Of a stretch of 64,000 nt of DNA, positions 43,742 through 53,248 are shown one piece after another. The DNA comes from Sedimentisphaerales bacterium (GTDB taxonomy: Bacteria; Planctomycetota; Phycisphaerae; Sedimentisphaerales; Anaerobacaceae). Within the stretch, counting starts at the first letter, position 1; each line of letters starts with the position of its first letter. The stretch lies in assembly GCA_963708075.1 (NCBI GenBank), contig OY970194.1, forward strand, positions 7,200,001 through 7,264,000, given 5' to 3'. The notes beneath the pieces were generated by a model, which did not search any database, had not been told where the DNA came from, and saw only the letters and a list, made by a program, of their open reading frames with translations. Position numbers and translations under genes: made by a program.

Positions 43742-44281
43742 ATGAAACGAATCACTATTGCTTTCCTGACGGTGATGGTCTGGCTCGGTATTTCAGGGGT
43801 CGTAGCCGGCCAGGTATCCTGGAACACGTGGGAAGACTTTGTCAGCAAGATGTCCGGCCAGAGGAGCTCCAAGTCGGCGACTTCCGGGGCTAAGAACTCC
43901 GCATCGGGGAAGAGTCCGGGGGCGGGAAGTGCCACGGCGGAGAACTCGGTGCCCCTGGATGCTGCAGGGGAGATGTACCTATCGCCGACGCCCGGAGGAC
44001 AGAGCTACACATCCGGGCAGAGTTACGCGTCACCGACCTCGACAGCGACGAGCTACGGTTCGCCACGATTCACGCCGGTGAGCTTCACGCCGCCAAAACC
44101 TACTGCGATGAGTTACACGTCGCCCACCTCCACGGGCGTGAATTTCACGTCCTCGAATTTCACGTCTGTGAATTTCACCTCGTCAGGCTTCACGTCGGTG
44201 GCGTTCACGTCGTCGGGCTTCACGAAGGTGAATTCCTCGTCGCCGACATTTACGCCAATCAGTTTCACTCGGACGAAGTAG
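43742..44281 (+). CDS. Secreted Ser/Thr-rich protein with C-terminal pentapeptide repeats
   Basis: GGAGGAG RBS; signal peptide MKRITIAFL...VVAG; ~17 pentamers of type xx[FY]T[SP]. Confidence 0.75.
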   Translation: MKRITIAFLTVMVWLGISGVVAGQVSWNTWEDFVSKMSGQRSSKSATSGAKNSASGKSPGAGSATAENSVPLDAAGEMYLSPTPGGQSYTSGQSYASPTSTATSYGSPRFTPVSFTPPKPTAMSYTSPTSTGVNFTSSNFTSVNFTSSGFTSVAFTSSGFTKVNSSSPTFTPISFTRTK

Positions 44282-44466
44282 AGATCCGCATCACAAGGCA
44301 GCCCATTGCGCCACATGAGAGCGCTGCTCGGTTTGCGCAAGACTGAGCTATGCCCAGATTACGGTTGCAGGTCCCGCCGTTGCGGGATTATAAAGGGTGG
44401 TGCAGAGATCGTCACGGCGTGCATTCTTTCGGCCTCAGGCCATTTCGCATGGGAAAGGGTCATGAA

Positions 44467-45822
44467 ATGACAAAGGGCGAGTGGACAAGACGGCAATTCA
44501 TGGCGGCATCGGCGGGCTCTTTGGCGGCGGTTTCCTCGCGAACCGTGCCGGCCTACGGGAATCTCGCGAAAAGAGCGGGCAAGCTGGCGATCCTCGGCGG
44601 CGAGCCGGTCCGGAAGAACAAGCGTTGGCCGGAATGGCCCTACTGGGACGAGAGCGTCATTCAGTCTGTCCTCAAGACCACCAAGAGCGGGATCTGGTGC
44701 CGGATTCAGTCCAGCTCGGGCACCGTCACGACATTTGAAAAGGAGTATGCCAAGCTGCTGGGCACGAAGTACTGTGTGGCCACGGGCTCCGGCACACAGT
44801 CCTTGCACACGTGCGTGGAAGCGATGGGCATCGGTCCCGGCGACGAGGTCATCACCTCGCCGTACACGGACCCGGGCACGATTGCCTCCATTCTCTCGGC
44901 CCGAGCGCTGCCCGTGCTCGCGGACCTCGACCCGCAATCGTACCAGCTCGACCCGGAGGACGTGGAGAGGAGAATCACGGAGAATACGAAGGCCCTCATG
45001 CCCGTGCACATGATGGGACAACCCTGCGATATGGGCAGGATCATGGCCATCGCGAAGAAGCACAACCTCAGGGTGATCGAGGACGCCTGCCAGGCGCACC
45101 TGGCTGAGTACGGTGGCAAGAGACTGGGGACCATCGGCGACGTTGGCTGCTTCAGCTTCCAGACGAGCAAGACGATTGCCTGCGGCGAGGGCGGCGGCAT
45201 CATCGGCAATGATGATGATCTGATGGACAAATGCTACACCGTGCACAATCACGGGACATCCCGGCGGGGCGCGACGGAGATGATCGGGCCGAAGTACCGG
45301 ATGAATGAGTTCGAAGCGGCCGTGCTGCTCGGTCAGTTGCCCGGCGTGATGGAACGCTTCGCCCGTCGCAATGAGAACGCCGCGTATCTCACGTCGAGGC
45401 TCAAGGAGATCCCGTGCCTGACCCCCCAGAAATTATACGAGGGGACAAGCAGCGGCTCGTTCTATCTCTACACGATGTCCTACCACAAGGAGCACCTCAA
45501 CGGCGTGGATCGTGCGACCTTCTTCAAGGCCCTGCGTGCCGAAGGGGTGGACCTCAGCGAGTACATCAAGCAGGGCCTGCACAGGGAGCCGTGGATCGAC
45601 AACGTCCTGGGCTCGAAGGTCTATCAGAAGATGTACTCCCGCGAGCGGCTGAAGCAATATCGGGACGAAGTAAGATGTCCCAAGTGCGACCAGGTCTGCC
45701 AGGAGATGGCGATGCTCTGGGCTTCCGGCCCGCTGCTGGGAACGAAGGAGGATATGGCCGAGATCGCCGACGCGATCGAGAAGGTTTACGAGAACCGCGA
45801 CCAGCTCAAATCGATCGCGTGA
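44467..45822 (+). CDS. DegT/DnrJ/EryC1/StrS PLP aminotransferase with Tat signal
   Basis: TRRQFMAA; SGT, GDEVI, IEDACQAH, FSFQTSK, GEGG, KYRMNE. Confidence 0.9.
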   Translation: MTKGEWTRRQFMAASAGSLAAVSSRTVPAYGNLAKRAGKLAILGGEPVRKNKRWPEWPYWDESVIQSVLKTTKSGIWCRIQSSSGTVTTFEKEYAKLLGTKYCVATGSGTQSLHTCVEAMGIGPGDEVITSPYTDPGTIASILSARALPVLADLDPQSYQLDPEDVERRITENTKALMPVHMMGQPCDMGRIMAIAKKHNLRVIEDACQAHLAEYGGKRLGTIGDVGCFSFQTSKTIACGEGGGIIGNDDDLMDKCYTVHNHGTSRRGATEMIGPKYRMNEFEAAVLLGQLPGVMERFARRNENAAYLTSRLKEIPCLTPQKLYEGTSSGSFYLYTMSYHKEHLNGVDRATFFKALRAEGVDLSEYIKQGLHREPWIDNVLGSKVYQKMYSRERLKQYRDEVRCPKCDQVCQEMAMLWASGPLLGTKEDMAEIADAIEKVYENRDQLKSIA

Positions 45823-45888
45823 CGAGCAGTCAGGCCATCGCCCAGTCTCGGCGTACAGCACTATGCGGCATCAGAAAGGGGGTGCAAC

Positions 45889-46611
45889 GTGAACGGGCAG
45901 CAGCCGGTGGGGCGGCGGGCAGCGCCGCGATTTCTGGAAACGACGGTCAATCTGGAGAAGAAGTTCCTTGAGGGCCGGCAGAATCGGCCGGAGGAGTTGG
46001 AGAGCGCGGTTCGCTACTTCCTCGAATTCCTCATGGGGTTCGAGTCGCTGGAGATCACGTCGCCTGCGGTGACGGTGTTCGGCTCCGCCCGGTTCAATGA
46101 GTCCAGCCAGTACTATCAGCTCGCGCGGCAGATGGGCTGTCGGCTGGCCGAGGCGGGCTACACTGTCATTACCGGAGGCGGGCCCGGCATCATGGAGGCT
46201 GCCAATCGCGGGGCGAAAGAGGCCGGCGGGCTGAGCGTCGGCTGCAACATCAAGCTGGCCAGCGAGCAGAAGCCCAACGCGTACGTGGATCACTTGGTGC
46301 AATTCGACCATTTCTTCGTCCGCAAGGTCATGCTCGTGAAGTACTCCAGCGCCTTTGTCGTGCTTCCCGGCGGGTTCGGCACCCTCGACGAGGTCTTCGA
46401 GACCCTCACGCTGATGCAGACCCAAAAGATCGAGCAGTTTCCGGTAGTGCTCATGGGCAGTGCATTCTGGGGCCGCATGCGGGCGTTCATGAAGGAATCG
46501 TTGTTGCCCGAAAAGACGATCAATCCGGAGGACGTGGAACTCGTTCACATAACCGACTCGCCCGAGGAGGCGGTGAGCATTATCGTGAGGGCCGACAGCG
46601 AAGAGCCGTGA
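45889..46611 (+). CDS. LOG/SLOG-family (TIGR00730-like) nucleotide-monophosphate nucleosidase
   Basis: VFGSAR, TGGGPGIMEAAN, RKVML, PGGFGTLDE. Confidence 0.9.
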   Translation: MNGQQPVGRRAAPRFLETTVNLEKKFLEGRQNRPEELESAVRYFLEFLMGFESLEITSPAVTVFGSARFNESSQYYQLARQMGCRLAEAGYTVITGGGPGIMEAANRGAKEAGGLSVGCNIKLASEQKPNAYVDHLVQFDHFFVRKVMLVKYSSAFVVLPGGFGTLDEVFETLTLMQTQKIEQFPVVLMGSAFWGRMRAFMKESLLPEKTINPEDVELVHITDSPEEAVSIIVRADSEEP

Positions 46612-46617
46612 GTCGCG

Positions 46618-47634
46618 TCATGGGCGTTTGCCGGTGCGTTCGATCAGTTCCCCGGCGGCGGCTTCCCCGAGAATCCATTTGAGCCTGGCCCGCGTCCAGT
46701 CCCGCTCGTCGTCGAAGCCCGCTTTGTCATAGAACTGAAGGAGCGTCGCGTATCGCTTCCCCACGTCGAATCCGATGCTGTGCTGCAACTTGTGCAGGTC
46801 TACAGGACAGACGTGCATCGGGCGCGCGTCGCTCTCCGCCAGATGGTTTGAGCCATTGAGCACGCAACGGAAGTAGATGCAATGCTGGAGCCCGAACATG
46901 TGGGCGGTCTCGTGGACGAGGACCTTGCAGCTTCGGCGCAGCAGGGTCTTCTCATAGTCGGGGCCTCGCGGCTGGCCGTAGAAGGCCGGGTCGTAGCGAG
47001 CGAAACTGTACACGCCCACCCGCTCGCGCAGGCTCGCCTGCCCGAAGACGAAATTCCACGATGGATCGGGATAGAGGTCCTCCATGGTGATGCCGAGCAG
47101 GCAAAAGGCATCTTCCGGGACCTTCTTTTTCAGAAGCTCGAGGATGTCGGCGGTGAGAAGTTGGCGATTCTGCGTCGTCGGGTTACGGCGCAAGGTGAGG
47201 CCCGCATCGGTAATGACCAGCCGGGGCAGTATGCGCACGTTCATCACGAACCAGGCAGCCGCATACTCGCGGAGCAGGTCCTCCGGCGGCGCCTTTCCTG
47301 GCGGGAAGTCGCCAAGCGGCTGGAGGTAAATGATGCGCCGCTTTGCATCCGGACGGTTCGGCCGGGACTGAAGGAACTGCTGGAAGCTCTGCCCGCTCTC
47401 CTGATGTGCGGCCAGCCAGTCGCTCGGACCGGGCGCCGGCACCGGCTCGAACTGACTTGCAGGATCAAGGGCCTTCCTCAAGCTCGGCGGGAGGTCCGCG
47501 ACAGGACCGATCGCTTCAAGTCGCTTTTGTGCATTCGGTACCTCAAAAGCCATAACAGCTACTCCTCCAAGCAGTGCGATGGCAACGCTGATCGACCCCG
47601 CGGTGATTCCATATCGTCGCAATACCCATCTCAT
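46618..47634 (-). CDS. Archaemetzincin-family zinc metalloprotease
   Basis: DLYP..WNFVFG, HETAHMFGLQHC....C..NGSN......CP; N-terminal signal/TM segment. Confidence 0.88.
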   Translation of the reverse strand: MRWVLRRYGITAGSISVAIALLGGVAVMAFEVPNAQKRLEAIGPVADLPPSLRKALDPASQFEPVPAPGPSDWLAAHQESGQSFQQFLQSRPNRPDAKRRIIYLQPLGDFPPGKAPPEDLLREYAAAWFVMNVRILPRLVITDAGLTLRRNPTTQNRQLLTADILELLKKKVPEDAFCLLGITMEDLYPDPSWNFVFGQASLRERVGVYSFARYDPAFYGQPRGPDYEKTLLRRSCKVLVHETAHMFGLQHCIYFRCVLNGSNHLAESDARPMHVCPVDLHKLQHSIGFDVGKRYATLLQFYDKAGFDDERDWTRARLKWILGEAAAGELIERTGKRP

Positions 47635-47750
47635 ATCGCGAGGCTACCAGGAGCACTCATGCATGTCAATGAGGCAACTGGGGCGCCGGGCGGCGCCGCG
47701 ACCCGATGCGGCAGACGGCGAACGGTTCGATTGAATCGGGAAGCTCTTGT

Positions 47751-47790
47751 GAAGAGAAAGCCGGTGCCCGACCTGGTGTCGAGCGCCGGC
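47751..47790 (-). terminator. Putative intrinsic terminator
   Basis: Minus-strand GC hairpin GCCGGCGCTCGAC...GTCGGGCACCGGC followed by TTTCTCTT, 40 nt after stop 47831. Confidence 0.55.
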
Positions 47791-47830
47791 GGATGTTGAG
47801 ATGCCTGAAGTAATATCGCTCGTGATGATC

Positions 47831-48301
47831 CTAGAACCCGTAGGCCATTCTCAACTGCTCATTGGTCGGCATGTTCGTATACCATTCGTTGCGCGGGCCG
47901 ATGTAGCATTGGCCTCGCCGAGTCAGTGTCACCGATGTCTTGGAGCCGTTCGAATTCGTGATCCACACCGTGACCGTGCCCTCCTCGACCACCGGCTCGC
48001 ACGATCGCACCACCACGGGCGGCTGCGGGGCAACGACTACTCGCTCAACGACCGGCGGATGCACGACTACCTCGCGATGGGGCCGCCCGATCTGGATCAA
48101 CCGATGTCGCCACGGACTCGTGACAATGACTTTTCTGTGCACGGGCGGATGATATACCGGCGAGGGGACCGGCGCACCGATCCAGACACCGATGCCGGCG
48201 TGGTGCGAGCCAACCAGCACGGTATCCGCGTACAGTCCGCGCCCCAGGAGAAGGATCGCCATACCGCCGACCACCATCCAGAAAGCTCTTTGCCGCATCA
48301 T
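47831..48301 (-). CDS. Secreted hypothetical protein (Val/Pro/His-rich linker, compact C-terminal domain)
   Basis: Signal peptide; C-terminus VWITNSNGS..SVTL...YIGP..E.Y..MPT.EQLR..YGF. Confidence 0.7.
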   Translation of the reverse strand: MMRQRAFWMVVGGMAILLLGRGLYADTVLVGSHHAGIGVWIGAPVPSPVYHPPVHRKVIVTSPWRHRLIQIGRPHREVVVHPPVVERVVVAPQPPVVVRSCEPVVEEGTVTVWITNSNGSKTSVTLTRRGQCYIGPRNEWYTNMPTNEQLRMAYGF

Positions 48302-48495
48302 AGTAGTACCCTTTCATTGATCCTTCACACGATGGCTCAAGCAACCTCACACGCCACGGCTCGGTCCCGGCCTTCATTCTCCTGCCGTGCCGACCGCCGG
48401 CAGAACACTTGTCTTCCGCATTCTACCTATTAAAGGCCGCAACAAGGCACTTGGTAACGGCTTTCGATGGCCGACGAATGGCCAATCCAAATTCC

Positions 48496-48587
48496 CGGGT
48501 GGCATCATCAAGCGAAGCTTGGCGATGGTGCTGTGACCGTTCAAGGACGCCATCGCCAAGGGCCTTCGGCCTTGACGCTGCCACCCG
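48496..48587. repeat. Inverted doublet of GGGTGGCA-tagged palindromes (REP/REPIN-like)
   Basis: CGGGTGGCA...CTTGGCGATGG pairs with CCATCGCCAAG...TGCCACCCG; each unit is a hairpin with a GAA loop. Confidence 0.65.
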
Positions 48588-48702
48588 AAGTCCAGAGATT
48601 CATGTTCCGGGATTCCTGTGGATCAGCCGCCTCAGTGCAGACCCGGATGCGTTCGAGACGGGTTGGAGATTGGACGGACTCGTCCCTGTGCGGCGAAACG
48701 AC

Positions 48703-48735
48703 TCGGGGCCTGTGCCAATGGGACACAGGCCCCGA
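48703..48735 (-). terminator. Hairpin downstream of the PA14 gene, possible terminator
   Basis: 12-bp stem TCGGGGCCTGTG/CACAGGCCCCGA, 65 nt after stop 48800; weak U-tract. Confidence 0.45.
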
Positions 48736-48799
48736 CAGATGTTCAACTCTCGGACGAGACCGCCACAGCCTGTGGCAGCCCCATCCCGAAATAGCAGGA

Positions 48800-50455
48800 C
48801 TACTGCCCGGCGGGAGCGGGTTTGACTACCATGATGTCATCGATGAACAGCTTGCCGGCACCGCCTGCGTTGGAGGCATTGCGGTCGCCAACACCGATGG
48901 ACAGCTTCTTGACCGCTGCCAGATTCACTCCGGTGAACCGGCTGAGCGGGATCCTCCACTGAGTCCACTTGGGAGCACTGACCGCAGCCGGATCGGCGTG
49001 AACGACGATGGCGACACGCTTGGATGCATCTTCAATTGCGACGGACAGCGGGGCCGGTGCATTAGCCGTCTTGCCTCTGAAGTAGAGGACGAGGTCGTTA
49101 ACATCATTGGATTTCCAGTCCTGTGCGGTGGCAAATTCTCGCTGGGCCTCGCTGTACCAGGGCTGGTTGATGTTGTTGTAGTCCATCGGCATGGCCTGCA
49201 GGCCGCTGTGGATAACGGATAACTCGGCGAACGGAGGCTCAGCATTCCCGACCGCAGCACCGGTGCCGTTGCCGAGATTGCCCGGCGGGGGCTCCGTGAA
49301 GCCCAGACCGTCAATCCAGGTCTGAAAGATGCGACTGCCGACGTCGTCCGTATAGCTCTCGAAATCATCGACGAGGATGCATGTGGTGAAGTTCCAGACC
49401 GGGCCGGGCTGGATCGTGTCGTCGACCAGGACCTCATCCACGCGCCAATAATAGGTGGTCAAACTGTCGAGGACTCCCGGGACGAAGTTCGGATCCTCCG
49501 GATTGATCTGGCCTTTGTCCGCCTCTGCCGTACCCTGGGCGACGGCATCACGGTTGTTGCTGAAGAAGATCTGGTGTCGCCAGGCATCCATCCCCGGCAA
49601 CCAGCGAAGGGTCGGGGCCGGCGAGGCCTCGTTCGAGCCATCCGCCGGGACGGGCCGATAGGCCGTCAAGGCCCGCATCATGAATGACCAGACGTCGCCG
49701 GCATGCGTTGTGACGCCGTCCTTTTCGATTTCATCTACGCGCCAATAGTAGGTCACACCCGGCGTCGCCATCGCAGGGAAATAGAAGAACTTGAGGTCAA
49801 ACTGGCGAGCCGACTTGAGATCTGCGGCCGTCAGATCCGGACTGGTGCCTATATACACGCTGTGGAACTTCGCGTCTTCCCCGGCCTTCCACGCCAATGT
49901 CGGCACGACCACATCAGCGGCGCCGTTGGCGGGACTCGGCAGGCGCGCCTGGAGAGGACGGACATAGGTTGTGGACAAGACATCCGCCGGGATGGCCTCC
50001 TGCTTGCCACCGGGCGGTGTCCAGTACAACTCGATGACGGCGTCGCCGCCACTTTCATAGAATTCCAGCCGCATGCCATATGTCTTGCCTGCCTCCAGCG
50101 GAATGGGTGAGCTGTTGTTCCATGAGGCGGAGTGATCGCCCCAGTTGTCGATGACCCACTCGCCGGACAGCAACAGGCGCACTCCGTCGTCGCTTCTCGT
50201 GGAGAATATGTAGTCGCCCGTGTCCGGGGCTGTGATGCTGCCGGTCCAGCGGACGCAGAAGTTGTCCACTCCCATTGCAGTATCAGGGGCATTGCCCGCC
50301 CAGTTGAAATTCACCGCCTCCGTGCGGGTCAGTACGGGCGTGCCGGTGAATTGCCTGCCTGTGAAGTACTCTCCCAACAGCCCCTGGGCATGCGTGGTCC
50401 CGAGGGGAAGGAGCCATAATACAATGAGGACCAGGAAATAGAGTCTCCGCGCCAT
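48800..50455 (-). CDS. Secreted PA14-domain protein with two FN3-like repeats and a conserved C-terminal domain
   Basis: Signal peptide; GLLGEYF..F.VRWTG...SDDGVRL (PA14); TYYWRVDE x2; VDDFESY...IDDI. Confidence 0.85.
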   Translation of the reverse strand: MARRLYFLVLIVLWLLPLGTTHAQGLLGEYFTGRQFTGTPVLTRTEAVNFNWAGNAPDTAMGVDNFCVRWTGSITAPDTGDYIFSTRSDDGVRLLLSGEWVIDNWGDHSASWNNSSPIPLEAGKTYGMRLEFYESGGDAVIELYWTPPGGKQEAIPADVLSTTYVRPLQARLPSPANGAADVVVPTLAWKAGEDAKFHSVYIGTSPDLTAADLKSARQFDLKFFYFPAMATPGVTYYWRVDEIEKDGVTTHAGDVWSFMMRALTAYRPVPADGSNEASPAPTLRWLPGMDAWRHQIFFSNNRDAVAQGTAEADKGQINPEDPNFVPGVLDSLTTYYWRVDEVLVDDTIQPGPVWNFTTCILVDDFESYTDDVGSRIFQTWIDGLGFTEPPPGNLGNGTGAAVGNAEPPFAELSVIHSGLQAMPMDYNNINQPWYSEAQREFATAQDWKSNDVNDLVLYFRGKTANAPAPLSVAIEDASKRVAIVVHADPAAVSAPKWTQWRIPLSRFTGVNLAAVKKLSIGVGDRNASNAGGAGKLFIDDIMVVKPAPAGQ

Positions 50456-50758
50456 GGGATTCCTCCTTCAGAAGTGTCCAAGTTCGGTGTCCAGCCATAT
50501 GCTGGGGCGCTACCTCCCCGGCTCCGATGCAGAGATGGGGCCTGTGTATTGCCGAGCCGGGGCCAGTCTCACAATGAGACCGCAAAGATGATTGTCCGTG
50601 TGCCACAGGACTGGTAGGACAAGCAGTCCGTAGCCGGGCATCACCTCCTTTCTGCAGATACTGCCACGATGGCAAGAGTTCAGACTCCGTGGTCTCCCGG
50701 GCCTGCAGACTGACAAGCTTTCAAGCTTGCGGGCCACGATGTTTCCGGACAATCATCT

Positions 50759-50787
50759 TCTATAGCAGATTTCAGGGCAGGCGTCAA
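50759..50787 (-). promoter_or_regulatory. Putative sigma70 promoter of the 50455 gene
   Basis: TTGACG-17 nt (ending TGc)-TATAGA on the minus strand. Confidence 0.45.
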
Positions 50788-51114
50788 GACTCTTCGAGCA
50801 CAATTCCATTGTTGGGTACGGCCGGCCTTCGGTGGCGGATTCCGGCGCCGGCGCGGAGCGAGCGTCCTCGCTCCCTCTGCAGCACGGCACGGCTCGCCAC
50901 CATCGAAGATCCGTCGCACACCCACTATCCCGGTGTGATTTGTCTTGCAGGAAGGGGACTCAGATGGTATCTTGAAGACCGGTTGGAATTTGCAGGCTCA
51001 TGCGGTTAGTAGCGACACAGCGGGGCTGTGGGGCAGGTTCGTTGCCCGGGTCCGGCTGGTGTCCTCGCTGGAAAGCCAGCAGACACAGAGAGTTGTGTTT
51101 GTCACAAGCTTCCC

Positions 51115-53034
51115 ATGACCAGATCACGGGGCCACAAAAGGTCACAGCAAGATTCTGCAAAGAGCAAGGCGTCAATGCCCCAGGACAGGCGGCGCCTCGA
51201 TCCGGCGAGCGGTAGACACCGCGCGCTTCACGGGTGGCGGCTCTGGTGCCTGCGTACGGTAACGGCACTTGCGTCGGTAGGGGTCTTTTTGTTTCTATTG
51301 GAGGGGGGGCTTCGTCTCCTGGGCGTCGGGTACCCCACCAGGTTCTTCGTCGAGAGCGAGCAGAAGGGGATGCTCACGACGAATCTGTACTTTGGGTGGC
51401 ACTACCAGCAGGAGACGCTGACAACGCCGCAGCCTTGCCTGTTTCCCGTGACGAAACAGCCGGATGTGATCCGGGTCTTTGTGCTCGGCGAGTCCGCGGC
51501 GATGGGCACCCCCGATCCGTCCTTCGGCTTCGTCCGCATTCTCGAAGTCATGCTACGTCAGTACTTTCCCGACCGCCGCCTGGAGGTAATCAACGCGGCG
51601 ATGCGGGGCATCAACTCGCACGTCGTTGTGGACATATCGCGGGAATGTGCCGCGTTGAAGCCCGACGTGGTCGTGGTTTACATGGGCAACAACGAGGCCT
51701 GCGGCTTGTATGCTCCCACGACCCGGACCGCCTTTCTTGGCCGCCATCCGGCGTGGATCCCGGTGTTCCATTGCGTCAAACAGACACGGATCGGACAGTT
51801 GATCCGCATGGTTTTCGGGGATAGCCCGGCAGTCTCCGGGGTGTCCAGGCGGGTCCAGGCGCCGGCTTTCTTCGCAGAGCATCTGACCGAGCCGGATGGG
51901 CCTGATAGGGCGGCTGTGCATCGGAATTTCCATGATAATCTCAGACGAATCTGCGCGTGCAGCCTGGAATCCGGCGCCTCCGTCATCCTTTCGACCGTCG
52001 CGACCAACCTGCGGGACTTCCCGCCTCTCGGCTCGCTGCACGATCGCCATCTGACCGACCTGGTGCGAAAGAAGCAGTGGGAGTTGCTCTATCGCCGCGG
52101 GGTCGAATCGGAGGGCCGCGGGGACATGGCGGAGGCCATCGCCAGCTTCCGCAGGGCGGCCGATATTGACGATCATTACGCCGAGCTGCATTTCCGTCTG
52201 GCTCGCTGCTATCTCGCCACGGGCGATCGGGACGCTGCCAAACGCCACTTCCTCCATGCCAGAGACTGGGATGCCCTGCAGTTCTGTGCGGATTCCCGAC
52301 TCAATGACATTATCAGGCAGGTTGCGACGGAGTATGAAGGGCGGCGGATCTCCCTCGTGAAGGCGGAGGAGGCTATGGCCCTGAGCGAACGCTGTCCGGA
52401 TGGCATCCTTGGCGAGGAGTTCTTCTCGGAGCACGTGCATTTCCGCTTTGACGGGGACTATGAGCTGGCCCGTGCGATCCTGCCCGCCGCCGTGCAGGCG
52501 CTGGAGCGGGACCGGGGACTTCCCCCGTCGGCTTCGGCGCAGGTCCCCACGCGGGAGCAATGTGCCCGTGCGCTGGCCTTCACCCGTTGGGATGAGGTGA
52601 ATACCGCCGCCGCCATGGCCGAGCTGACATCCCGGCCGCCGTTCACCCGGCAGTTCGATCACGCCATGCGACAGGCCCGCGTCGAGAAGGACATCAAATC
52701 CGTGACGGATCGAATCGATGAGAAATTCATTGACGACGTAATACAAATCTACCGGGAAGCGATTGAGGCCAATCCCCAGGACTGGCAATTGCGATACAAC
52801 CTTGGCGCGCTGCTCCACCAGCTCAAACGGCATGACGAGGCCGCCCGCGAGCTGGAGTTCGTCGTGCGGATGCTCCCCCATGTGCCGCAGTGTCGAATTC
52901 TCCTGGGCTATGCGATGGGCAACGCCGGCCGCTGGGACCAGGCGGCGGATCAGTTCCGACAGGCGTTGAAGATAGATCGCCACAGCGGGCAGGCCCGCCA
53001 GGGTCTCACCTGGGCCCGCGGCAGGGGCCGATAG
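51115..53034 (+). CDS. Membrane-anchored SGNH-hydrolase-like / TPR protein
   Basis: TM helix; GESAAMG, NAAMRG, YMGNNE, EHVH blocks; internal and C-terminal TPR helices. Start uncertain. Confidence 0.8.
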   Translation: MTRSRGHKRSQQDSAKSKASMPQDRRRLDPASGRHRALHGWRLWCLRTVTALASVGVFLFLLEGGLRLLGVGYPTRFFVESEQKGMLTTNLYFGWHYQQETLTTPQPCLFPVTKQPDVIRVFVLGESAAMGTPDPSFGFVRILEVMLRQYFPDRRLEVINAAMRGINSHVVVDISRECAALKPDVVVVYMGNNEACGLYAPTTRTAFLGRHPAWIPVFHCVKQTRIGQLIRMVFGDSPAVSGVSRRVQAPAFFAEHLTEPDGPDRAAVHRNFHDNLRRICACSLESGASVILSTVATNLRDFPPLGSLHDRHLTDLVRKKQWELLYRRGVESEGRGDMAEAIASFRRAADIDDHYAELHFRLARCYLATGDRDAAKRHFLHARDWDALQFCADSRLNDIIRQVATEYEGRRISLVKAEEAMALSERCPDGILGEEFFSEHVHFRFDGDYELARAILPAAVQALERDRGLPPSASAQVPTREQCARALAFTRWDEVNTAAAMAELTSRPPFTRQFDHAMRQARVEKDIKSVTDRIDEKFIDDVIQIYREAIEANPQDWQLRYNLGALLHQLKRHDEAARELEFVVRMLPHVPQCRILLGYAMGNAGRWDQAADQFRQALKIDRHSGQARQGLTWARGRGR

Positions 53035-53130
53035 AGTTCGCTCGCAGCGTCTGATTCGGATTTCGAGCTTCGTGCTTCAGATCTCAGCATGCGTGCATGT
53101 GCCGGCCAACTCAGACGTGTGCGCAGGGCG

Positions 53131-53177
53131 CATGCGAAAGGGGCCTGGATCCCGACGGATCCAAGCCCCTTTTCATG
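53131..53177. terminator. Hairpin between convergent genes, probable bidirectional terminator
   Basis: GAAAGGGGCCTGGATCC-CGAC-GGATCCAAGCCCCTTTTC. Confidence 0.65.
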
Positions 53178-53248
53178 ACTCTGCGATGAACGCCTTCGGA
53201 TCTGCTATTTGCGATCTGCTATCTAAGCCAGTCGCAAACCACAAATCC

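Noticed and set aside
44138..44245. 15-bp tandem repeats as a CRISPR array
   Set aside because: No spacers and no cas genes; the repeats are in-frame coding sequence.
50510..50641. Leader peptide MPGYGLLVLP... after the orphan SD
   Set aside because: The ATG abuts the SD with no spacer, and the peptide has no counterpart in the paralogous leader.
50639..50654. ATCACCTCCTTTCT resembles the 3' end of 16S rRNA
   Set aside because: There is no flanking rRNA sequence; it is better read as an SD on the opposite strand.
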